Source: Raillietiella orientalis (taxonomy: Eukaryota). Taken from it: DNA of 64,000 nt. The position numbers and the translations under genes were made by a program. Below, one piece after another: positions 40,001 to 49,500 of this stretch. The notes beneath the pieces are model-generated. The model saw only the letters and a list, made by a program, of their open reading frames with translations, was not told the DNA's origin and did not search any database. How positions within the stretch are numbered: position 1 is the first letter of the stretch; every line of letters starts with the position of its first letter. The stretch covers positions 4,960,001 through 5,024,000 of the forward strand of contig JAYWIR010000004.1 of NCBI GenBank assembly GCA_036172245.1. The letters run 5' to 3'.

Positions 40001-41216
40001 CGGCCCTGCGTTGTCAGTTGACCCTTTCCCACCCTCGTGAGGGCGAACTCTCCCCCCGCGTCGTCGCGATCTTTCAATGACTCAGGTGTGCCCCCTCCGA
40101 ACCTCGCCCCAGACGCATGACCCAGAGGAGTGCCGGAAGTCTACGGAAAGTGGCTCCTTTCTGACCCTGGAGCTCTGTTCTTCCCGGAAACCTTCCCTCT
40201 CCCACATGCCTGAGTCGAGAGGACGTGCCGTTTTTCTGGAACTCGCGTGCAAAGGGACTTCGCTTGCCCGGCGTGTCCCTCCCGAGGGCGATACTGTTGC
40301 AGCCGGAGCCGAAGGACAGAGCGAGAGGCTTCCGTCGACGACGCCGTCGGCGGGCCCCCTTGGAGAGGCCGCTACTGCGGCCGCATAAGGGAAAGGCGTT
40401 TTCACTTCAGGAGGACCTGATCCTCGGGAGAGGCATCGATTCGTCGAGAAGCAGGCGTCCGGGAGATCTTTTCGAGCTTCACCCGCTTGCCCCGAGGGAC
40501 CCAGCAGGTCTGCCTTCGGAGGGAGTCGCTGCCTCGACTCTCTGGCCAATTCCCTGGCGCGTCCTCCATGGCCGCCTTCCTTGTGCGACCCCAGCGCTGT
40601 CCTGGCCGGCGGCGTTCTCTTCGCGCTGTTCGTGCTGCCTCGGAGCGGCGAGGTCACCTCTCTCCTCACGCCCCAAGGGAATGGAGGACGCATATGACCT
40701 CCGGGATGGGAAAGAGCGATAGGAAAGATCCTCTGGCATGGGTCTTCCTTCGTCACACCTCGCTGTCACTGACACCAGACTGCCCCCCTCCGCTCATGAG
40801 AACGATCCGTGGCCAACGGCAAACGGAGAGGATGGAGAGAATCCAAGGCAGCGAGTGAGCTGCTCCGACCGCAGATGTTCCCCGCTCGTTGGCGCTATCC
40901 TAGGAGGAGGGGGGGATTCCATCCTCCACGCTCGCTCATCCCCCCCCTCCCTTTGATCGTCAATGAAAAAAAGCCCTCGGAGGTGCAACCTGCAGGGAGA
41001 CCCACGTGCCCGCTAATGAAAGCTCCAGAGTCGGGTTTGCGGGGAAGTCGGGTGGTGCCTGGGCGGGAGAGTGGGAGAGAGCGAAGCCCTTCTGCCCTCG
41101 CGAGAAGCGGGTAAAGGGGGGGAAGGGAGGCTCCGCAACGGGCGGGAACCCGGCTTACCGTGAAGGCACGTGGCCGCTAGGAGGAAGAGGACCAGCGGGT
41201 GGCCCTTGGACTTCAT
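22014..41216 (-). CDS. Vg-like: Vitellogenin-like / large lipid transfer protein (signal peptide, LPD-N, C-terminal vWD), ~28-30 exons
   Basis: Phase-consistent exons: 41216-41159 (MKSKGHPLVLFLLAATCLH, signal peptide), 39241-38976 (PFHSGTEYLY), 38916-38761, 38603-38484 (WSVNIKKAIASNLQ), 38439-38284 (PTVGGVCEGWY), ~34285-33731 (internal boundaries uncertain), 33458-33280, 33200-33035, 32132-31943, 31887-31715, 31652-31438, 30372-30150, 28535-28346, 28294-28093 (DLGLP), 27325-27150, 27100-26952, 26855-26755, 26703-26586, 26535-26329, unresolved 26328-25340, 25339-25064, 25009-24715, 24670-24513 (vWD start), 24399-24227, 24173-24031 (VIFDG...HCGLCGDY), 22138-22014. Confidence 0.9.
22743..22839 (-). 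repeat. Diverged duplicate of the 3' part of the Vg terminal exon, inside the last intron
   Basis: Encodes HEWEYLHASTKEQEGKSTSTVNEQWTLKSSC* versus HEWEHLHAPTKTQLKSASTVNEQWILKSSC* at ~22014-22106. The DNA similarity is directly visible. Confidence 0.85.
29033..29232 (-). mobile_element. Diverged partial (3'-end) copy of the structured SINE-like element
   Basis: Matches 19334-19530 (gtgactcttc...ccctatgaatccaggaa...cgttcctctcac...ttgtctccgaagg...atctccttccttat) and lies almost directly next to copy B. Confidence 0.75.
29270..30001 (-). mobile_element. tRNA-headed structured SINE-like element, copy B (full length, in a Vg intron)
   Basis: Near-identical to 19334-20065, with the same 5' boundary GTCGGAG. 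Confidence 0.8.
36005..36038. repeat. Perfect 34-bp palindrome
   Basis: TCCCAAACAGTGACAAG/CTTGTCACTGTTTGGGA with no spacer, centred on AAGCTT. Confidence 0.95.
36430..36807 (-). mobile_element. Diverged 5'-half copy of the SINE-like element with the clearest tRNA-like head
   Basis: Minus strand reads GTCGGAGGCCTTGTGGTTAAGGC...GTGTGGC...GGGTTCGAATAC (A-box-like and B-box GTTCGAA). Internal blocks (actccttg, gtcgactccc, catcggg, gacgca) are colinear with copy A. Confidence 0.7.
39330..40800 (-). mobile_element. GC-rich decayed element in Vg intron 1, possibly the N-terminus of a non-LTR retrotransposon
   Basis: ORF 40082-40756 begins PCQRIFPIALSHPGGHMR, a C2H2-like remnant as in R2-type N-termini. 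Weak RT-like TGVTGRVQG further downstream. Weak evidence. Confidence 0.25.
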
Positions 41217-41269
41217 GGTTGCTCCGCCGACAGGATTCTGGCTGCCCGGAGCTGCCGCGACGTGCGACC

Positions 41270-41345
41270 TTAAATAGTACGGCTCTCAAGTGGCTCGATG
41301 GCAAACAAACACCAAGTTCAAGTGGCCCTGGCGACAAACAAACAC
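41270..41345 (-). promoter_or_regulatory. Putative Vg core promoter: TATA-like box plus duplicated upstream motifs
   Basis: TATTTAA at 41276-41270, ~55 nt upstream of AACC-ATG. Two copies of TCAAGTGGC...CAAACAAACAC at 41286-41312 and 41318-41345 (minus-strand TGTTTGTTTG, forkhead-like). Confidence 0.6.
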
Positions 41346-41575
41346 TCCTTCTTCTTCTTCATCTTCTTCTTCTTCACCACCATCACCATCTGCTTCTTCT
41401 CCTCCTCCTTTTCTTCCTCCTCCTCCTTTTTCCTTCTCTCGAGAGTGTGAACCTTCACTCTTCCTCACAAGCAGCGGCTGGCGGCGCGGAGGAGACGACA
41501 AGACTCCCTCCTCCTCCTCCTCGTCCTTCCTTCTTTCCTCTTTCCTCCTCCTCCTCTCCTCTCCCTCCTCTCTCA
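41346..41575. repeat. Polypyrimidine (CTT/CCT)n low-complexity tract
   Basis: Seen directly. It explains the Ser/Pro/Leu/Glu-rich spurious ORFs at 41006-42060. Confidence 0.9.
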
Positions 41576-42364
41576 CGGTTTGCATTGCTTTTCCCCCTCT
41601 ATGCCTCTCTTGTGCTTCGTCCGCCACGGTTGCAAACCTCTTGCACGGAACCCGGGCCTCCAATTCCGGAGCGGACAGGGTGTCCGCTCCTTCAGCAATG
41701 CACGCGGGGGTTCCAGAAAGCACCGGCGCACACAGCTGCTGCGATACTCCGCGCTCCCCCTCGACTCCAAGCGAAAACCGCCCCGGTTCCACACCCCCTG
41801 CGTTCGCTCTCTCGACCGCGGGTAGAAAGGTGTGCGGAGAGGGATTGATGGGGCACCCTCTAGCCGGAGCTCCGAGTGCCGATGGGTACCTCCTGGGACA
41901 TGCTCCACGGAGGAAGGCCAGAGCGGGCGGACGGCTGCCGTGCATGGCCACCCAGCGTTATATGTATAATCTTATTCATTATATTTATATTAAATTTATA
42001 CCTGATTTTAAATATAATATTTATAATAAAATCACGAGAGTGGATGAAAATATGCTTTGATTTATACAAAATCTCAAATGTTTTACATAATAATAATTTG
42101 TTAATAATGTATTAATTATTATGTCTTAATAGGTATGTTAAATATTAATAAAGGGATAAGTGTAATATTTTTAAAAATGTTTTAGTGTTAATTAAATGAG
42201 TTGCTTCTTAGCGTATTGCAAAAAGGTCAAGAAGTAGTTTAATAGAATATTTTGTTTACAACAAAGAGGAAGATTTCTTGTTGTTTAATGTGAAATACTA
42301 ATATGACAGAAATATATGTATTAAATTTAGGATTTAATTATGCTTTGGCTATTAATAAAAATTT

Positions 42365-42934
42365 CTACGGGTTCGAATCCTAGCGTGGAGGTTTCGACTC
42401 CAAGAAATGGATGCGTCGTGAGCCCCCCTACAGGATGGCACTGGTTGGCCTGTGGGCTTCGGGTGCCGCACTGGAGGGAAACCGCCGGCCCTCTCTGAAC
42501 CTGCCGGGGCTGGAATTCGACCCTCCGGGATCCTTTCAGGAATCAAGGAGTCCTTCGGAATTCCACTCCGGTTGTGAAGATGGAGCATTCTCCTTCCATC
42601 TCGTACCATGGAGCTGGTGGATTGGAACCTCTCCAGAGAGTGCAGAGAAGCGAGCCGATCCCTTAGGGGAGCGACTTTTCGGAGAAATTGGAAAGCGTCC
42701 CTTCGGAGTTCTCCTCAGAGGAGTAACAAGGAGAGTGAATTCTTTCCGGGGGGTCCCTCCGGATAGAACGAGGAAGAGATGGTTCCCTTCAGGCTTCCCT
42801 CCCAAGAGTCAGAGAGGAACGGACTCCTGCCTCCGGAACCCTTCCTGAATTCATGGGGTGGTCCCTAGGGGCTGCTCCCAAACTTAAAGAGTTGACACGC
42901 ACCCTCGGGTGGGGTGGACAGCATCAAAGAGCTT
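42365..42934 (+). mobile_element. Diverged, inverted, 5'-truncated copy of the structured SINE-like element
   Basis: Starts at the B-box GGGTTCGAATCC. Shares cgtaccatggagctggtggattg, cctctccagagagtg, gagaggaacggact and the terminal aagagt..acacgc.ccctcgg...cagc.tcaaagagct with copy A. Confidence 0.8.
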
Positions 42935-43149
42935 CATGATCCCCCCTCTACCCTCCAAGCAGGCGAGCGCTTCTTTGGCACTCAGCGAACCGACTAAACC
43001 CCAAAAGAAAAACCCCACCCGTCCACCCACCCCCCAAAAAAAGCTGGAAGAAGCAGTGGCAACAGAAGAACCCAGTAAGAATTCCATCCTGCTGTTTGTT
43101 TGCCCTGCCTCACCTGACATCAGGAAAAGGGTCTCCTGAGGAAAGCTCT

Positions 43150-44170
43150 TTGGGGCACAGGGCGGTCCCGAGTCCGACTCAAAGACTTGTGTACTGCGCA
43201 TAAGGATGATGGACTGGACATTCTTAAGCTGAAAAGGAAGCTCCAGTTCGCCCTCGCGGAGAAACTATGGACAACACCCTGGTGCGCACCAGCAAGACTC
43301 CTCGCGAAGAGCACAACCGGCTGCGAAGGACTCGCATCTCTTCTTGTCGCTCGCGAGAGATTGCTGAGGCGGCGTTGCGGATATACCAACTCAGCCAGAT
43401 GGTTGCTCTAGTGGAGGAGAACACCTGGATCTCTTGCTCCCCTGCGAACCTCACTGCCCGGTTCCAGGAGTCGGTCTTCGCCTGGGGGAAGATCCACGGC
43501 GCGAGAGGGGTAGGGCACGCCTACCTGCTACGGAGCATCGACGCTCGCAAGTCGCCGGAGGAGGTCGTCCGCAACCCGCAGATGTGCTGGGTCTCGTCCA
43601 CTCCCCTTGTCCCAGTGCCGCTCTCTCTTAGGGACTCAAGGAACAGCTCAATCCCTGCAAGGTGGGAAGTCGAATGCATCGCAGCAAAAGAGAAACTTCT
43701 GGGGTAGTGAACGACTAGGGAGGTCACGGACGCTGAGACCTGAAGTGTCCCACCCCAGGGACTTCTCCGGAGGCGGTGAGTGGACCTTAGAGTGCTGGAA
43801 CAGTGGCGCTCTCCTCCTCGAATGACAGGAGCTGGTGTTGCCGGTGGTGCATGGATGAATCCCGTGCAAAGTGCGCCTTCACCACTGGACGTGGGGAGAG
43901 GGTGGGTGTGCGAAAAAGGACATTCTCCCTCATCTGCTGTTGGACCGTGCTGCTCAGAATCCCTGGTGGGCGGTCCAGGGACATTTTCAGATGCCCCTTC
44001 GTAATTGGTGCCGCATTGCCTCCAGGCGAGTCCCTCGCAGTCCTCTGCTGTCCTCGAGGGATCATGGCAATCTGAAACGCCAGAAGAAGAGATCGAAATA
44101 GCAGGGCTGTCATCAGCTGGACGCGGATCTTCATGAGGATCGCCTCGAGATGGCTCCACCCGGGTAAGAC
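43150..44170 (+). mobile_element. Decayed 3' part of an R2/NeSL-type (restriction-like endonuclease) non-LTR retrotransposon
   Basis: HKDDGLDILKL resembles the post-RT GGLG.. region. Later PLDV and PFVIGA...AVISWTRIF resemble the RLE C-terminus. Heavily disrupted. Confidence 0.4.
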
Positions 44171-44639
44171 ACGGACAGAACTTGCCGGCATCCTGAGAAG
44201 GATGCAGAGGACGTCTGGCAGCGTACCGTGATCCCTTCCTCAATCCCTCCCCCCTTCCCCCCCTACACGTGTATAATTTCCCCTCCTGTGCTTTTGTTTG
44301 TTTGTTTCTTTCTTTCCCCGCGCTGACAAAGCGGACGTCGAAGCGACCTGCGTTCCGCTCTTCGGCAAGTTCCAAGCACGCGTGGTCGAACCAACGGTTC
44401 GACCACACCAATGTGTTTTTATTTCTTTCCGTAATGAATGTGTCGGCACAGCCGGCTGATAACCATCCTAGGCCAAGAGCGACGACCACAGTCCTTCATA
44501 AAAAAAAGAAAGGAGGACGCCGATTCAGCCCAGCTGGAGAGTTGCATGACTTTGCACGGGGGCAGCGTCCTTTGCGGTGGCAGCCGACCGCGACGCTCTT
44601 GGGGGCGATTTCTCCTCCTCTTCCCAGTTCCTCATGGGA

Positions 44640-44840
44640 TCCAGACATGCTGCCCCCCGGATGATGTCGGAGACGCTAGTCCGGAAAATACTGCACTGGG
44701 GGAACGATGGCTGCACCACGTGGAACACAGGGGAGACCACCAGCCACCTCCTGAGGTCCGGGCCTCCTGCAGAGAGTGGCATCGCGGCCGCTTCTTGCAC
44801 TGGCTGCTTGCAAAGTCCGACCAACTGTTGGGTGCCCCCC
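44640..44840 (+). mobile_element. Possible LTR-retrotransposon integrase zinc-binding (HHCC) remnant
   Basis: LVRKILHWGNDG...TGETTSHLLRS...IAAASCTGCLQ has the spacing of the integrase H2C2 domain, but the His residues are degenerate. Confidence 0.3.
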
Positions 44841-47479
44841 TTCCTGGTGTGTGTGGGGGAGGAACGGCGCGACAGCGACGCCCAACTCTCTTCCCCACCT
44901 TCCCGAACATGCGTTTTCCGTTGTGATTGTCTGTCTTTTCGGTCGCCGTAGCTTCGCGTCTTGGCGGTGGTCTCGCACGGATGGAGGAGGAGGTCCAGTG
45001 TCCCCCACTCTGGGGGAGGAGGAGGCTCGCTGATCTTCAAAGAGCGGATGGAAGAGAAAAGGCCGGATAATCGGTGACTCCACCGAAATCAGCACGTTTC
45101 AAGTGAACGCGCAATTTCCATGGGTGAGGAGGAATGCAAGGGTGAAAGGACTGGGATAAAAATAATAGACCACCAGTCTTTATAGCATTTTAGTGTTTTT
45201 GGTATCATTGATGTCCTTTCGGTGAGCCACCCCCCACTCCCTTTGTATTTGATTTCTTCTTCCCCCCAATTCGCGTTCAAAAACGACATGAATTTTGTCA
45301 TAAAGTTTTTTACAAGGAGTTGGGTTCGAAACCCCGAACGATCGAAATCCCGAATGTGGAAATCATGAAAGATAACAAAAAAAAAAAGCGCATCCGTGTT
45401 ATACATTTATAAATGTACAAATTCATTTTAGCATACATATTTATTAATATGTATTAACGCAACTATTATTCATATAATTAATCATGTATATTGTTAATAT
45501 GTATATTGAAGATTATAAAAATATGTGTGTTTGTTATATATAATGAACATATGTGAAGTGCATACATGAATACAGAATTATAAGCACATATGTTTGTGGA
45601 ACGATGAAAATCTCGCCCATAGAATTCATGATAAACTGAGAAAGTGTCATTTGTTGAGTGTCATCCAAAATGATAGGAAAATGAAATGCAAAATTTGTCT
45701 TTTGTTTTTTAAGTTCTTTGTCATTTCATTTTTTTCCCGCTATTTTTAAATGCCATCATTATTCTTTATTTTTTATAATTCGATATTTACATAATTCGAT
45801 ATTTCATTTAATATATGTTTATTATATATGTAAATATACAATAAGTATATTTATGTATTTTTGAAATTCCAATATATGCATTAAAGAGTACATATTAATA
45901 CACATATTAATTGTGTTCAAAAGTATTAATAAGTATCAGTGTTCAAATGAATTTGTACACTAATCTATGTATGAATACCTATATTAAGATGAATAATAAG
46001 CATATTTATACCTTATTTTGTCAACTTTATAATATATATAATAAAGTTGATATACACATATATAAATACACATTTACTTTAATGAACCTCCGGCATTTTG
46101 ATTGGGACCAGTTTGCAGTGAGCCATTTTTAGGTTCAATTTACTGATTTCATTTAATGGCCTGTAAAATATTTTCATGTTCCACTAATGCTTCTAATCAC
46201 TGAGAGCTTGTTATTGAAAGTGATCTCCGCTCATTTTTCCATGTCTTATCAATTTGATACTAAGTGGTCAGGTTTTGCTTACAAAGCAGGTGGTGTACTT
46301 GGACCATTATCACGTCTTGAGGTACTTAGAGAATTTTTTTTTTCTTTCCCCGATGCATCATTGCTGTTGCACGAGTAGGATAAGGGAGGTAAAAAAAAAA
46401 AAAATTCCTTTTTCACTAACCGGGACTGTTCCTTCATCCTTTAGGATTCCGTCTGCTAACAGCCTGGATGCAAACTCCAGTCGGATACGAAATGACCACG
46501 GATATATGGCATCCCTGCAGCTGTTATTTTTAATCCTTCATTTCCAGATCTCTTATGCCACACGATTACCACTTCTTATCTCACTCCCGCCTTTGGAATA
46601 GGCGGAGTTTCCGTCTTGGTATTTACTACCTAATAAATACGTCCAGCATGCTGAAATTATGTTTGCCATGGCTATACGAATTCGAGGCAATATTCGGGGG
46701 CTCTTCCCTTCAAATAATAATAGGGGACAGGGATGGTCAGAATACGGGAGAACACTTTTGCTGGTCGAGCAAACTCCTTGCTCGTTCTCGAGCGCGTGAC
46801 GTGGACTCAAGAGAGGAGTGCTGGGATTTTTCACCCGGTCACGCCGGGACGTTTGTTTTATGAAAAATAAACCAGTTGGGAACACACTGGTTCCCAACCG
46901 ACGACTATAGGAAACAAAGGGGAGGATCCACCGTCACGTAGGCAGGGACAACAGAGAGCCCAGAACGGAGGAGGGACATGAAGACAACAGAAATAAGCAA
47001 ACTGGGTGGGAAGGAGTAGGAATCTTAGGTGTCGCTCCCTGCGTGCACCGGAATCAAAACAAAAAAGCGTCGGGAAAGTTACGGAGAGAATGGGGACGAG
47101 GAAACCAGGAAAAAAATAAATAAAGGGAAAGAGTGCTGGGATCGGCAGGGATGGAGTGCCCTTTCCTACCCTCGTGAAAGCTCTCGAGCAGTGCCTGGTA
47201 AGCGGGGACACCCTCCCCTTCCATCTCTGGGAGGGCTCGCGTTACTCGAAAAGCCGGAGCATCCACATCTCGACATGCGCGCGTTCGTCTGCGCGCACCT
47301 CGAGACCCATGCGTGATGCACGAACTTCGCGACGCGCACTTCATGGAGGTTTCTTTACGTCCTGCGCGCGGTCACGGGTTCGCCCTCACGCGTCTCCAAA
47401 CGCGCGCGCGTGCGTTTGCTTGCTGCGTGCTCGAGCATGCAGATTAGGGGAAGGGGGGGGGATCCTCGGCAAGGGTAGA

Positions 47480-49500
47480 GCATAGCCATCTACAAAGTAT
47501 CCTCCTCCACTATCAACGGGCATCTTCTGCTCCGGGTTGAACCTTTCTCTTCCTCCTCCTCCTGTTGGACCGGCGGAGACAGCAGGCGATCTCAGCCGGG
47601 AGGGAGAGGGAGACCGATGACCAGAAGGCGAGGCGCCCGGAGTGCTCGAGGAGCAAGGTGGCAGGAAAGAACAACTGTTCAAGCAGAAGAGTCGAGACAG
47701 CTCGCCCCCTGGGCAGAGGAAGCGCCGGACACGTTCCTTTCATTCCTCGCTTCAGGAAAAAAGCGAACGCAAGCAAAAAAAATGGACTGTTCTCCCTTTT
47801 CCCATAGAATAGGTCGCTTCCAGAATAGCTGGGCACTCCCCGAGCACCTTCACTCGGGAAGTCTAGAGCGTCTGACGTTATCCCTCCATGTCCTGCCTGG
47901 ACTCCGGGGAGGAGAGGAGCCCAAGCCTGCAATGAAGTCTGCACAGGAGGTGTGAGAAGGCGTCGTCATCCCTGGAAGCGGAGAGTGGGGATGGGGGGGA
48001 AGCAAAGACAGGAGGAGCAGCCCCTTGCATTCTCGGCCTTCCGGTCTTTTCAGACCGAACAGACTAGGCAAGGAGAGCTCGTGGAGAGACCCGGTCGGTT
48101 TCTTCCCCAAAGGGAAGGAGACATGAGAACTGGGCGGAGGACGAGATCCATCCTCCCCCGCAGCCGCGTGCCTATGTCCGATGTTCCCTTCGTGGGAAGG
48201 CGCGTCTCGTTTCCTCCCTTAGGCACCAGTCCTTCCGAACCCCGATCAGCCGAGTCCAGAGAAGGATCCACTCTGGACCACCGTGGAGCTCCCTGACGGC
48301 CTGGTTTCCGTCTCCAGTGTCTCTTCTTCAGTTCCATCTGGAGGCTAGTTCTACCCTGAAGTACTGGCAAGGCTGGCTCCTGTAGCGCTCCCACATCTAA
48401 AGCCACATCCCCAACGGAGGGAGAAAGTTGCGGGATGGAATCAGCAGCTTCTTCTTCATCTATTTCTTCCTCCCCTGCTTCTTCATCCGCTGCTTTTCTC
48501 TTCAGCTGCTTTCTGCTTCTTCCAGTTTCCAGGAAGCGCTTCAAAGGAACCAATCCACACCTGGACCGCTAACCACAACAACAAGCGCTGGATCTCCGCT
48601 CCTCCGAGGAGCTCTCTTTAGGACCATTTCCCGATTTAACTGATCGAGAAGTGAGTGGGTCGCCTCAATAAGAGGCATGTGGCTCGCGAAGGAGTCTTCA
48701 GACCTTCTTGCTTCTTTCCTGCAGTTCTTAGGATGCTGTTGCATGTTCTCTTCAGTTTCATCTCGGAAATGAAGGTGCGACTCCTTTCAGGTCGCAGATC
48801 TGCTTTCCCCTTGGTGCTTTCTTTCGCTAGGCCCCTCAACATCTCCTTCTTCCCTCTCCTGCGTAAATTACGAGAAGTCCAGCGTCGAAGATTCCTTCTC
48901 TCATCTGTACGAGTCGACGACCTCGAGAGCTCCTGGAACGGTCATTTGGAAAGAAAGGGAAGGACGCTCACGAAGCAGCTGCTATTCCGCTTCACTCAGA
49001 TTCCGGAACCAGGACTCCAGGCGTCGTACCTCTGCAGCTGAGAAAACTAGAAGTTTCGTGGAGCGGATTGACCTCGGAGACATGAGCTGCTTTAGGGAGG
49101 AAAGGGGAGAGGGGACGGAAAGGTAGGCGATCTTTGGCTGTCGCCGGCTCTTATGCGAAAGAGTGGACCGGAAAGTTCTGGTACCAGGTCTTTCGTCTTG
49201 AGGAGCAGTGCACATGTGCATCCTCGAACCAAAGTTCGTCCGAACTCCAGAGTGTCCTCTGCCGACTTGCAAGGAGTCCGGACGCTTCGACCACTTTCGA
49301 AAGTCCCACTGAAATCCACCAGCCCCTACTTCTCATGAAAGGTCGGTCGTCGAACCTCTTCGGCTTCGCTCCGGAGGACCATATGGGGTGCGATCGGGGT
49401 GAGTGCGGAGGTTATGGCGTCACTTGGGAGGCTCTCCTTTGACAAGACTCCTTCGATGGCAAATTCGGGAGCTTGCGAAAGCTGACCACCACATTTACAC
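47480..49500 (-). mobile_element. Decayed LINE (APE endonuclease + RT) remnant
   Basis: Minus-strand fragments in LINE order: RTF...PKIAYLSVP (TF..RIDY-like), RKPGRQG (KAPGPDG-like), LVPKGG, RNRPGLST (GFRPGRST-like), ALDF, RGVP...LF and YFVDG (YADD-like). Confidence 0.45.

Noticed and set aside
41006..42060. Long ORFs of 221-280 aa
   Set aside because: Low-complexity translations of a (CTT/CCT)n tract and GC-rich promoter DNA.
43521..44489. 322-aa minus-strand ORF
   Set aside because: No recognisable domain. It is antisense to the retrotransposon remnant in GC-rich DNA.
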